Below, in pieces: positions 51,691-63,519 of a stretch of DNA of 64,000 nt; the stretch's first letter is position 1, and every line of letters begins with the position of its first letter. Origin of the DNA: Octopus bimaculoides. Its lineage: Eukaryota. The stretch covers positions 97,541,489-97,605,488 of the forward strand of contig NC_068983.1 in the NCBI RefSeq assembly GCF_001194135.2, given 5' to 3'. The position numbers and the translations under genes are program-made. Below the pieces are notes generated by a model that searched no databases, was not told the DNA's origin, and saw nothing but the letters and a program-made list of their open reading frames with translations.

Positions 51691-52224
51691 TAAGAGTAGA
51701 TAATTCATGTGATTGAGCGATTAAATCCTCGCTGTCGAACGGCAGTGAAGCGTCTATCCAGTCATAGTTGTGAAAAGAACTCCGAAAATTGCAGCCTCTA
51801 CGTGGTGGTTCAGCCTACTAGAAATAACAGTCTAATCTCTCTCATATGCTAATGAGTTCCCTGCATTTAAGAAAAAAGTGGGAATAGTCGCACCAACAAT
51901 ATGGACAAATTTAGCAGCAAAATTCCCTCAATTTTAACTCTATCATCGTGGCTTTCAATAATTTTGTGTTTGTAGGACACCAAAATTTAAGAGAAAAATT
52001 ACTGGCGCTCTTCACACAAAAGTTAAAAAGCAGTACTAAAGATACGGAAAATTGTCAATTATCTCGTTTTATTAATTTAACGAAGTCAAATGCCTCCAAG
52101 ATCGACTTTGCCTTTCATCCTTCCCGATCGATAAAATACATATCGGTTAAGTATTGGAATCGATGTGATTGTCTCGTCTCCTACTTCAACATTTCATGTC
52201 TTGTGTCTTTGTTGAAAGGATTAA

Positions 52225-52435
52225 TTTACTAAACAAATGCGGTGAGTTAGCAGAATCGTTAGTACGCTGGACAAAATGTCTAACGGCATTACGTTCTGAG
52301 TTCAAATACTGCTGTACTCGCTTTAGCCTTTTATCCTTTCGGGAATCAATAAAATAAAATACCAGTTGAGCACTGGGGTCGTTGTAATTGACTGCTCTCT
52401 TTCCTTTAAATTTCAGGTCTTGTACGAAGAGCAGA
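52225..52435 (+). mobile_element. SINE family A
   Basis: GCGGTGAGTTAGCAGAATCGTTAGTACGCTGGAC...GTTCTGAGTTCAAAT...TATCCTTTCGGGAATCAATAAAATAAAATACCAGTTGAGCACTGGGGTCG. Confidence 0.7.
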
Positions 52436-52916
52436 AAGAAGAAGGTAATCATATTTTAAAACTGTATCAAGCATAGTATCGACATTCTCGAGTCTTGAAT
52501 TATATTTTGTAAAAAAAAAAAAAACTGTGAAGACGGATGAAGTGTAGTCCTATATACACAAAGGTCTTGAGAAGAAAAATCATTGATCGTAGATCTCAGT
52601 CAGCGCTGACTTAGGAGAACAAACAACAGAAGGGGAAACAACATCTACATTAACAACAGCACGGGAAGCAACATCAGCAACTTTAATCGCAATCTCTAAC
52701 AAAAACAGAAAAAGATAGTTTCTATTTATGTGNNNNNNNNNNNNNNNNNNNNNNNNNNNNNNNNNNNNNNNNNNNNNNNNNNNNNNNNNNNNNNNNNNNN
52801 NNNNNNNNNNNNNNNNNNNNNNNNNNNNNNNNNNNNNNNNNNNNNNNNNNNNNNNNNNNNNNNNNNNNNNNNNNNNNNNNNNNNNNNNNNNNNNNNNNNN
52901 NNNNNNNNNNNNNNNN

Positions 52917-52953
<37 letters not shown>

Positions 52954-53043
52954 TGTATACATTCACACATACACACACACACAGGCACACAGATATACAT
53001 GTGTATTTGCATACTATAGACATATGTGTATACACACACATAC

Positions 53044-53083
<40 letters not shown>

Positions 53084-53364
53084 ACACATATATATAAGTA
53101 TGCATATATGTGTGCGTGTGTGTATATATGTATGCATTTATGTACATATAAGTATATGTAAATAGTTATTTCCCTATGTAGTTCTTTGATCATGTATATA
53201 TGTGACAGGAGAAAGAAGGATATCAAAGAAAAGGTGTACCCCAGCCCGACACCATGGCACACCAGCCTTCAGTGAGTGATTAGGAAATACGAAATCTTAG
53301 AGACATTTGGACAAATATATCAAAGGGAAGGAAGTGGCAGGCACACAGCCGGACAGACAAACGG

Positions 53365-53395
53365 ACGGATAGATAGATGGATAGATAGATAGATG

Positions 53396-53450
<55 letters not shown>

Positions 53451-53525
53451 GGCTGGATGGTTGGATGGCTGGATGGTTGGATGGCTGGCTGGCTGGCTGG
53501 CTGGCTGGATGGATGGATGGATGGA
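53365..53525. repeat. Compound tetranucleotide repeat (GATA)n-(GGCT/GGAT)n
   Basis: Seen directly in the sequence. Confidence 0.9.
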
Positions 53526-54143
53526 TAAAAAAGAGCTAAAAAGAGAGAAAAAAGATAGAATTAGCAGGAAAAAAAAAAGACACCGAGAAAGAGGAAGAAA
53601 GAAGACAAAATGTGAGAATTACAGCTGGAGTAGGAGAGAAAGAACAACAGAGACACGTTAGAAAGATAGGTACTGAGAGAGAGAGAGAAAGAGGGGGGGT
53701 AAATAGGAAGACAAACAGTGGTGTGAAGAGAGATAGGGAGGGAAAGAGACAGAGGCGAGAGAAATAGAAACGGGCGGGATAGAAATCTTCTGTATGATGC
53801 GAGAGGAAAGTGCCTTTGCATGTATGCATATATGTATGCGTACATTTGTGTATGTCTCTGTCTGTCTGTATGTATGTAAGTATGCATGTACGTATGTATG
53901 TATGTATGCATGTATGTATGCATGCATATATATGTATGAACATATGTATGTATATATCAGTGTTCATAGAAGAGAGAGGGAGAGAGAGAGAGGGGGGACG
54001 AGAGAGAGAGAGAGAGGAGGGACGAGAGAGAGAGAGAGGAGGGACGAGAGAGAGAGGGAGGACGAAGAGAGAGACAGAGACAAAGAGAGAGAGACAGAGA
54101 CAAAGAGAGAGAGACAGAGACAAAGAGAGAGAGACAGAGACAA

Positions 54144-54176
<33 letters not shown>

Positions 54177-54329
54177 GACAAAGAGAAAGAGAGAGAGAGG
54201 AAAAGATTATAAAAAAAATTAAGATTTTAAATTAAATATTTATGTGATTTTATTTGAAATATTGTATGTGTGTGTATGTGAGTGTGTGTGTATGAGTGTC
54301 CGTGAGTGTGTGTTTGTATATGGGTGCTA

Positions 54330-54556
54330 TTTCTTTACTACCCACAAGGGGCTACACACAGAGGGGGCAAACAAGGACAGCCAAACGGATTAAGTCGATT
54401 ATATCGACCCCAGTGCGTAACTGGTACTTATTTAATCGACCCCGAAAGGATGAAAGGCAAAGTCGACCTCGGCGGAATTTGAACTGAGAACGTAGCAACG
54501 GGCGAAATACCGCTAAGCATTTCGCCCGGCGTGCTAACGTTTCTGGCAGCTCGCCG
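54330..54556 (-). mobile_element. SINE family A with an alternative 3' tail (TTTCTTTACTACCCACAAGGGGCTACACACAGAGGGG on the plus strand)
   Basis: Body matches family A nearly perfectly; the tail differs from the CTCTAGGCACAAGGCCCG type. Confidence 0.85.
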
Positions 54557-54603
54557 GCTATATATGTTTGTATATGTGTGCGTGTGTCTACACGCATAAC
54601 GGA

Positions 54604-54651
<48 letters not shown>

Positions 54652-54837
54652 ATTTATGTATGTGTATGTGTCTGTGTATGTATTTGCAAAAGAGAAATGT
54701 GTGCGTGCGTACCCAATAATAATAGTTTTAAATTTCGGCACTGGGCCAGCAGTTTTTGAGGGGAAGGGTAATCGACTCACTACAACCTCCACAGAAATTG
54801 AACTCAGAACGTTTTGATTTTAACTGATTCGAAGTGT

Positions 54838-55330
54838 TATCATGTGCATTGTTTTGCCTTGGTATAAAAGATGAGCTACAGCAAATATTCTGCTTAATAC
54901 CACAGATTTGCTTGTCAGTTGTTTGACCTTAACCAGTTGAGCATGTCCCTTGATGGCTGACGATATGTACATCTCTGATCATGAGCAGAAGTAGTGGGGG
55001 AGCATCATAGCCATGTGTTGAGAAGAATTCTTTGGGGTTTCAATAATTCACCTTTGGAAACATGGGTGTTTTGCTCAACATCCTTAACGAAACCTTATTC
55101 AGGGACCTTTTGAGCAGGATGGGCTACTCGACCTGAAGAAAATTCTAACTGGGCCCCACTTGCGAGGTCATGCGCTGTTTATTTTGATATGAGATTACTA
55201 TGTCGCGCACATATGGATGTGATGCATGTGCCTGGTGTACCCTTATCAGATGTGTAGTCATGATGTATATACTGGGCTTTGTATATTTTACCCCAGTGTC
55301 ACTTTGATGGTATGCACTGTTCTCTCACTC
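54838..55330 (+). mobile_element. Interspersed repeat ending CTCACTC(AAT)n, probably a LINE 3' UTR or LINE-derived SINE
   Basis: A second, internally deleted copy lies at 56105-56325; both end ..CACTGCTCT.TCACTC-AATAATAAT. Confidence 0.65.
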
Positions 55331-55335
55331 AATAA

Positions 55336-55600
55336 TAATAATAATTGATGTATCAATACCAGCAGATGACAACGTTTCCCTAAAAGAAATGGAAAAACTT
55401 TCAAAATACAAAGACCTGGAAATAGAGGTAACTCGAATGTGGAATCTAAAAACAGAAACAATTCCTATCATAGTAGGTGCCTTAGGTATAATAAAAAAGA
55501 TATTCATACAAATACATAACAAAAACACCAGGACTTACAAATATATATAACATACAGAAAATTGCACTACTGGGCACTGCACACATCCTACGCAAAACAC
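55336..55600 (+). mobile_element. Well-preserved R4/Dong-type LINE 3' coding end
   Basis: IDVSIPADDNVSLKEMEKLSKYKDLEIEVTRMWNLKTETIPIIVGALGIIKK/..PGLTNIYNIQKIALLGTAHILRKT; flanked by (AAT)n. Confidence 0.85.
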
Positions 55601-55636
55601 TAAGGCAGCTGAAAGGAAGTTATAATGAAAGGAAAC

Positions 55637-55698
<62 letters not shown>

Positions 55699-55721
55699 GC
55701 AACAAAAACAACAACAACAAC

Positions 55722-55786
<65 letters not shown>

Positions 55787-55869
55787 TGATGATGATTATG
55801 TCCGCGTGATTCCAGGTTCATAAAGAAAGAGGAAAAGACTAAAAAAAAAAAACCCAAAGATATACAAAC

Positions 55870-56095
55870 CCTTAAAATTTGAAATATGAAGAATTTGGAG
55901 CATGTGAACAGTAAAGGTCGTGCCTGTAACAAATGGCTGAAGGAGATTGGAATAGAATGCCCGGTAGAACTCCTACAGAAATGTGTCTCTTAAGCAAGGA
56001 TTATCAGGAGGTTTCTAAGCACTTGAAAGACTGCTGAGAACTTACGGATGTCTAAGATTACAGGTAGTAACTCGCTATCCACATAAATCTTAACT
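55870..56095 (+). mobile_element. R4/Dong-type LINE extreme 3' fragment (related to the 22935 element)
   Basis: KWLKEIGIECPVELLQK...ARIIRRFL, downstream of a long (AAT)n run. Confidence 0.6.
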
Positions 56096-56104
56096 GATTG
56101 GGAG

Positions 56105-56325
56105 TTTTATCATGTACATTGTTTTGTCTTGGTATAAAAAGATGGGCTACAGCAAATATTCATGCGCTGTTTATCTTGATATGAGATAACCATGTCGCGT
56201 ACATATGGTTGTGATGCATGTGCCTGGTGTACCCTTATCAGACGGGTAGTCATGATGGGTATAATGGGCTTCGTATATTTTACCCCAGTGTCACTTTGAT
56301 GGCATGCACTGCTCTTTCACTCAAT
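56105..56325 (+). mobile_element. Internally deleted copy of the 54838-55330 repeat
   Basis: TTTATCATGTACATTGTTTTGTCTTGGTATAAAA(A)GATGGGCTACAGCAAATATT joined directly to CATGCGCTGTTTATCTTGATATGAG. Confidence 0.7.
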
Positions 56326-56724
56326 AATAATAATAATAATAATAATAATGATTTCTTTCATTTGCCACCAGGACGAAGGATGGGGAGACACATAATGGAA
56401 TGATAAATAAAAAGTATACACCGTATACATTAGAAGGGAAGTATACATAGTATATGACACTAGCAAAAGATGGGATAAAAAGGATCATGATGGGGAATCC
56501 CATTGGTTCAGGAGGACTTCTAGGGATAATCACGGAACCCCACAAAACAGCAGGTGTTACTACACAAAAATACTATCTACCCAATCCAGACAATCTTCAA
56601 AATGTAATGGTAACAACAGAAATGAAAAGATGGGGTCTTATAAAGCCGAAGAGATTACAAACACTATTTCAATTTACGGAGAACCAAATTTCCGTGACTT
56701 CACACTATAGCGGTTATAATGATG

Positions 56725-56778
<54 letters not shown>

Positions 56779-56924
56779 GTCGATTTGATGGAGGGAGTGA
56801 GCTAATGTACGGCACATGCATTTGATCACTATAAACAAAAACATTTCTGCCGGTTGATCAGCAAGAAATTGCAGAGGCGTCATTCTCGAACTACGAGAGA
56901 CCACCATCATCAGTTGGTTTGCTC

Positions 56925-57285
56925 TTTTAGTCTTTTACTTGCTTCAGCCATTTGACTGCAGCCATGCTGGAGCACTGCCTTAAGAGCACTTTTTAGCCGA
57001 AAAAATCGACCCCAGGACTTATTCTTTGTAAGCCTAGTACTTGTTCTATCGTCCCTTTTGCCGAACCGCTAAATTATGGGGAGGTAAACACACTAACATC
57101 GCTTGTCAAAGCCACCACACATTCTTTTTTTTTCTCTCCTTATTTCTCTCTGTGTTCCTTTCTGTGGAAGAGCATAGGCTCGAAACGTTAAAGACTTTTT
57201 CATTTCCCGAGCGTTATACTAATACATCTGTTTGTTTTCTACACCACCTGTCTTCGTCTTTTGTTGTTTTTTTTTTGCGAATTCT

Positions 57286-57321
<36 letters not shown>

Positions 57322-57480
57322 GACAGGCTTCTTTCAGTTTCCGTCTACCAAATCCACTAACACGTGTTTGGTCGGCCCTGTAGAAGACACTTGCCTAAGG
57401 TGCCATGTAGTGGGACTGATCCCGGAACCATGTGGTTGGGAAGAAAGCTTCTTAAAACACAATCACGCCTGCACCTGCTC
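56925..57480 (-). mobile_element. SINE family B (tail 56925-57115, head 57321-57480) interrupted by a Penelope-like fragment and (TA)n
   Basis: Reverse copy of the 50060-50525 layout. Confidence 0.7.
57158..57193 (+). ncRNA. Minimal type-I hammerhead-like motif with variant core CUGUGGA, in a probable Penelope-like element terminal repeat (57120-57290)
   Basis: CTTT-CTGTGGA-A-GAGC-ATAG-GCTC-GAAA-CGT-T-AAAG: stem I CTTT/AAAG, stem II GAGC/GCTC, palindromic ACGT stem III. Confidence 0.55.
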
Positions 57481-57493
57481 ATAATACTAATAC

Positions 57494-57814
57494 TGGCACT
57501 CCGTCGGTTACGACGACGTGTGTTCCGATTGATCCGATCAACGGAACAGCCTGTTTGTGAAATTAGCGTGCTAGTGGCTGAGCACTCCACAGACACGTGT
57601 GCCCTTAACGTAGTTCTCGGAGAGTTTCAGCGTGACACAGGAAGTGACAAGGCTGGCCTTTTGAATTACAGATACTATTCATTTTTACCAGCGGAGTAGA
57701 CTGCAGCAACATGAAATAAAGTGTTTTGCTCAAGGACACAACGCGTCACCGGGAAGTGAACTCACAACCTTACGATCGTGAGCCGGATACCCTAACCACT
57801 AAGCCATGTGCCTT
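57494..57814 (-). mobile_element. tRNA-derived SINE (family C-related, tail TGGCACTCCGTCGGTTACGACGACG)
   Basis: Reverse head GTGAACTCACAACCTTACGATCGTGAGCCGGATACCCTAACCACTAAGCCATGTGCCTT; TGTTTTGCTCAAGGACACAACGC segment. Confidence 0.8.
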
Positions 57815-58643
57815 CGCTTATAATAATCAGTTAAAATCAATCTGGTGAATGGGAAACAATGTTTGGACTTGTGGACCGTGCTGATATATCTATCTCAATA
57901 ATTAAACTTCTGCCCATGTTTGAGAATCACTAACAATTATAGCACTATATCAGTCACGAACTTACAAATCAGGCCATACTGGGGTATCAGTCTCAATAGA
58001 TATAATTCTTACCTTACTAACTATTCAAAACATCAATCTCAACAGCTCAACTGATATATCCTGGCTACACTAGAGTATCAGTTTTGCCACTTAACTTTCT
58101 ACACATGTTATAGCAGTGCCTTCATGTTTATATATACATATATACCATACACTCTTCTCTTTCTGGAAAATTCGTAAATTATCTTTTTGTATCTCTGTCA
58201 TATTCGCTGCTCATTCTTTTTTATTGGTAACATTTCAATATGTGTCTGCATCGATAAATTGCCAGTTAGTGTATCAAATATATTAGTAGAGTTTGCTCCA
58301 AGTTGACTGCAATATGTTAAAGATATTTGATCAGTTTCACTGGAGAGTATTAAACATTCAACTTTTTAGACAACATGATAAACCGATCTTTTAGATATTC
58401 ATAAGAAACCAAGATCTTCGTTGAATCAACGAAGATGATTAGAATTGGAATTTCCCCAAAGATTTCACCCGTAAAACATTCAAAAAGCTGTGTGAAACTA
58501 GATATGAATGGGGATAGAAGACAAAATATTATAACAAATTCAAACTTTCCTAACTCGCACCCACATATTGTTATTAAAATAACTCTAAATCGACAGTTTG
58601 GAATCTAGTTTTAACTTACTGACTGCAATATAATTCGTGGTTA

Positions 58644-58880
58644 AGGCGGCGAGCTGGCAGAAACGAAGGCGGCAAGCTAGCAGAAACGTTAGCACACCGG
58701 GCGAAATGCTTAGCGGTATTTCGTCCGTCTTTACATTCTGAGTTGAAATTACACCGAGGTCAACTTTGCCTTTCAACCTTTCGAGGTCGATAAATTAAGT
58801 ACTACTTGCGTACTGGGGTAGATCTAATAGACTGGCCCCCTCCCCCAAAATTTGGGGCATGTGCCTAGAGTAGAAAATAA
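58644..58880 (+). mobile_element. SINE family A with a tandem duplication of its first ~23 nt
   Basis: AAGGCGGCGAGCTGGCAGAAACG-AAGGCGGCAAGCTAGCAGAAACG-TTAGCAC. Confidence 0.85.
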
Positions 58881-58987
58881 TATACTATGTTTGTTTTAAA
58901 ACATTTTCTGGAAATGGCATAACAAAAACTTTTACTAAAAATTGTATTTAAGTGTTCGTTTCTATTGAATTTAAGTGTTCATTTCTG

Positions 58988-59192
58988 CTCTAAGAACAAG
59001 GCCCGAAATTTTTGGAGAAGGGACCCGTCGATTAGATCGACCCCAGTACTTAACTGGTGTTTAATTTATCGACCCCGAAAGGATGACAGGAAAAGTTGAC
59101 TTCGGTAGAATTTGAACTCAGAACGTAAAGACAAACGAAATATCACTAAGAATTGCGCGCGGCGCGCTAACGTTTCTGCCAGTTCTACGCCT
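58988..59192 (-). mobile_element. SINE family A
   Basis: Near-consensus reverse copy; with the 58644 copy it forms an inverted pair about 110 bp apart. Confidence 0.85.
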
Positions 59193-60121
59193 TACAAATT
59201 AAATGTAAATGTTGAAGTGAATCTAACGGTTTTTTGTGTGTTTTTAAATGGCTTATAAACACTTTCCACGCTGCAATTGTTTTTAGTTCAGCACACGATT
59301 TCAGATCAAGTCACTTGCTTCTCTATGTGGCCTGTGTGTTTTCTGTACTTTGTCTATCATTTTGTCTACGTGTTGTTTACAATGTCCTGTACCCAGATAT
59401 GCATCTATATATACAGGTAGATGTAAGTATGTACATACATGTACGTATATATGCGTATACTCATTTATTATTTGTATTACATGATCGAACGCACGCGTCA
59501 TCCCTGCAAGTAAGTTTTGAACTTTATATTTTCTGACGCGACTCTATCTATCTGTGTATCTTTTTCCTCTCTCTCGTTCTTCCTTCTGTTACTACTATAC
59601 CTCTCTCTTCCTCCCTGTCTCTCGTTGCTCACCTATCTTCTACTTCCTCCCTTTTTTCTCCCTCTACTACTCTTTCTCCTTACCCCTCGCTGTTCACATG
59701 TGTCCAGCTTTACTTCCTTTCTGCTTTGGATATCGCCAAGTACGCCACGAACTATTCTTCGTCCCTCTTCATTCCAGTTCGTTGCTTCACAGCGTTTAAT
59801 ATACACATATTTTTCCACGTCTGGCCGTATAGCCTTTTCTGTTTATTCTACTGTTTCGTTTTCCTGTCTTGTTTTCTGTCCGCCACTACATTCCTCCATG
59901 GTACAAATTTAATTTNNNNNNNNNNNNNNNNNNNNNNNNNNNNNNNNNNNNNNNNNNNNNNNNNNNNNNNNNNNNNNNNNNNNNNNNNNNNNNNNNNNNN
60001 NNNNNNNNNNNNNNNNNNNNNNNNNNNNNNNNNNNATATATATATATATATATATAGATATTGATTGACTGCTAACTCCACAAGTTTTTTTTATTCTCTC
60101 TCTGTTTATTTCCTCGTGTTC

Positions 60122-60157
60122 CTTTCTGTGGAAGAGCGTAGGCTCGAAACGTAAAAG
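60122..60157 (+). ncRNA. Second copy of the minimal hammerhead-like motif (CUGUGGA core)
   Basis: CTTT-CTGTGGA-A-GAGC-GTAG-GCTC-GAAA-CGT-A-AAAG; flanks are similar to 57130-57200. Confidence 0.55.
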
Positions 60158-61222
60158 ACTTTCTCACCTTCGCAAGGTTTTTATACTTTCAGATCAATAA
60201 AATACGAGCACTATTGCAGAACAAGTCTGAAGATTACTGGTCACATATTTATTAAACCGTTATTATTTGACAGGAAACATCGCCGAAGACAGTGAATTGG
60301 CCGAATCGTTAGAGCAACGAAGAAATATCTGGTGGTATTTCTTCCATCTGTTTACATCCTAAGTTCAATTCCGACAAACGTCTATTTTTCTCTCTTTCCC
60401 CCAGGATTGATAAAATAAAATATCGACCCAGTACTACGGTCTATGGCATCGACTAGCATCTCTCCTCTGGAAACTGCTGGTCTTGTACCACAGTCAGAAA
60501 TAATAAATATACAACATTTATTCAAAACCGAGAATCCAACTTTCTATGAGTCCACTACACGGAATTTCTCGGTTTTATTCCACAGGGGATGAGCATGGAC
60601 CCATTCGATCAACCTCAAGTTTCAGTAAATGTTTCATATCTATCTGTCTGTCTGTCTGTCTGTTTTTGTCTCTTTCTCTGTATATATGCATCTGTGTGTG
60701 TGTCTATGTGCGTGAAGGTGCGTGGCCTAGTGGTTAAGCATGTTGCACTCACGATCTTGAGATCTAGGTTTCCAAGACCGGCTACGTGTTGTATTCTTGA
60801 GCAAAATAATTTCATGCTGCTCACGTCCACTCAGTTGGAAATGGATAACCCTGCGACGGACTAGTCTTCCGATAAAGAGAAATGCTGATCTTCTCGCCTA
60901 GCCAGAAGGGTGGCATCTTTCGAAAATTAAAACGATGCAAAGCGCATTGTGACCAGAGCTGTATAACAACATCCAATAGTCTGATAGATAACATGCGCGC
61001 GCACACACACATATACAAACATATATCTGTATAACGAAATATTAGCGACAAGTAGTGTTTGGGCATAAGTAACGTTTAGGTTAGTTGAAATATGTTTCAC
61101 ATATTTCAACTGCTAAAAGGCAAATTCACTGCAGTTACCGTAGAGAAAACATTTCTCTTGTGTTAAAAAGGTGTGAAAGCACCCTATTTGTTCAGTGTTG
61201 CCATCTACCAGTACAGACATCG

Positions 61223-61331
61223 ATGTTTCAACCTAGTTGGCTTTTATCAATGGGTGGTACCTAAGAGAGGTAACCTTCAGTTGCGTCTCCTTGGTAACTC
61301 CCATTGATAAAAGCCAACTAGCTTGAAACAT
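61223..61331. other. Long hairpin: 32-bp arms with one mismatch, plus an imperfect extension
   Basis: ATGTTTCAA-C-CTAGTTGGCTTTTATCAATGGG (61223-61254) / CCCATTGATAAAAGCCAACTAG-C-TTGAAACAT (61300-61331). Confidence 0.85.
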
Positions 61332-61448
61332 ATATATACATACATAGATACACACAGACAGATACACACACACACATATATTTTCATTTTTTTTTCATTT
61401 TATCTGGTTTCAGCTCATGAGCTGTGGCCATGCTGGGGTACCGCCATT

Positions 61449-61552
<104 letters not shown>

Positions 61553-62384
61553 CACACACAGACAGACAAACGGAGAGGCAGACAAACAAAGACAAACACA
61601 GTGTGACATACATATAATCTAATTCAGTGTGATTGTTATGAAGAAATGTGAATGGTTATGCTGATGAATAGGATGATGACGACGACGACGATGATGATGA
61701 TGATGACGATGAGACGACGATGACAGTGGTGATGATGATAGTATCGAAGATGATGACGACAGTGAGGATGGTAACGGTGATTATGGTGTTGTCGGACTCG
61801 TAATCGAAAAAGAAGTTTAATATAGAAGAAAACATAAGATGAAAGGAAATGGTAAATGGAATGAGAACATTGAGAATGTTACGCTAAGAAGGGTTTGGAT
61901 AGTTTTCCGTCTTAATGTGTTTAGGTAAAGGATTTGCATTTTTTTTTTTTTTTTTGTGAGGTGCAAGAGCGAGAAAAGTGGATAGACGAGAGAGAGGGGG
62001 GCGGAGAGATACAGAGACAGACAGAGAGAACGCATAGGCCGGTTTAGTAAAATGCCCTCATCAATCTTAGCCAACTCGATTCGTCCGCTGACGTTTCTTG
62101 ATGAGAACTTCCATCAATCTTGGTCGTCCGTTGAAAGCAACCCTGTTCACTAGTGTGATGAAGAAGGGAAAACATAACATTGTCCAAGCGGCAGTACTGG
62201 ATTAAGCGTTTTTATCCGACAATTGTAATCCAATATATTTGCAGACGACCAAACAACTTGACACTCTCTCCTCTTCCATTTCATTCTTTCATTCAACCCC
62301 CACCCCCACCCGCCACTCCACGAATGACACGAATAGACTCCATGCACACAACCTCATACACATACATATATGCATATATACATA

Positions 62385-62427
<43 letters not shown>

Positions 62428-62924
62428 GCACACACACAAACATGCATACATGCTTACATATATACATACACACACATACATACACACATACATACATACA
62501 TACATACATATATGCATGTATGTATGCGCGTTTATGCGTTAAAATAGCAATGTCTTCCTCAGAGTATTTGATAAATGATTTTACACTCCTTCACGCTAAA
62601 GAAAAATCGTGAGGAAAATCTAAGATGCCGTATGTTACATCGGTCAAAATATATAATATTGTTCGATTGAGTTCGCTTAATAATTGTATTTAGGGTATAT
62701 ATTTCAACACAGTTCTTATATGGCTATTATACTATCCCATCTATAGAATCATGTATGATATGAGTCAATGGACAAACTTTTATTTCACAGTATTGTCACG
62801 CTGTTTGATACCATATTCTAGTGATCTGAACTAATCATTATTGGCAAATTGAAATTCTAGTAGTTAGAGGCAGTCGAAATAGCTTTGCTGTAATGCAAGC
62901 TAATATATTATATACAATATAAAG

Positions 62925-63365
62925 GCGGAGAGCAGGTAATACTCGTACTGGTAGCACGCCGGAGAAAAAGTTTAGCAGCATTTCTTCTGACTTTGCTGAG
63001 TTCAAATTCTGCCGAAGTTGACTTTGCCTCTCATCCTTTCTGGGTCGATAAAATAAGTAGCAGTTGAGCACTGGGGTCGATTTAACCGACTACCTTTCTT
63101 CCACAAAATTTCAGGCCTTATACCTGTTTTAGACGAGATTATAGTCAATATAAAGGGCGGCGAGCCGACAGAAACCTTTGCTCGTAAAAATGCTTAACGG
63201 CATTTAATCCGGCTCCACGATCTTAGATCAAATTTTCCTAGGGTCGATTGAGTCTTACCGCCATTTTAGGTCGCTAAAATAAGTACCAGTTGAGCACTGG
63301 AGTCAATTTAATCGACTAGCACCCTCCCTACCTAATCTCAATGCTATGAGCCTGTAGTAGAAAGA
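62925..63365 (+). mobile_element. Two tandem diverged SINE family A copies
   Basis: AAGGCGGAGAGCAGG.. at 62922 and GGGCGGCGAGCCGACAGAAAC at 63155; both have the GTCG.TAAAATAAGTA.CAGTTGAGCACTGG core. Confidence 0.7.
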
Positions 63366-63519
63366 ATGATATACAACATAAAAACGACTACACATAATAT
63401 AAGTTTACACGACACAAATTATATATCAACATTGTAACGGCTATGTGATATGTAATTGAAGATTTCATATGAATAATATATATATAAATAAATAGGTGAA
63501 GAGAAAATTATCATAAGTA

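Noticed and set aside
62060-62165. Short ORF MPSSILANSIRPLTFLDENFHQSWSSVESNPVH and a minus-strand acceptor
   Set aside because: Only 33 aa, no donor partner and no recognisable family.
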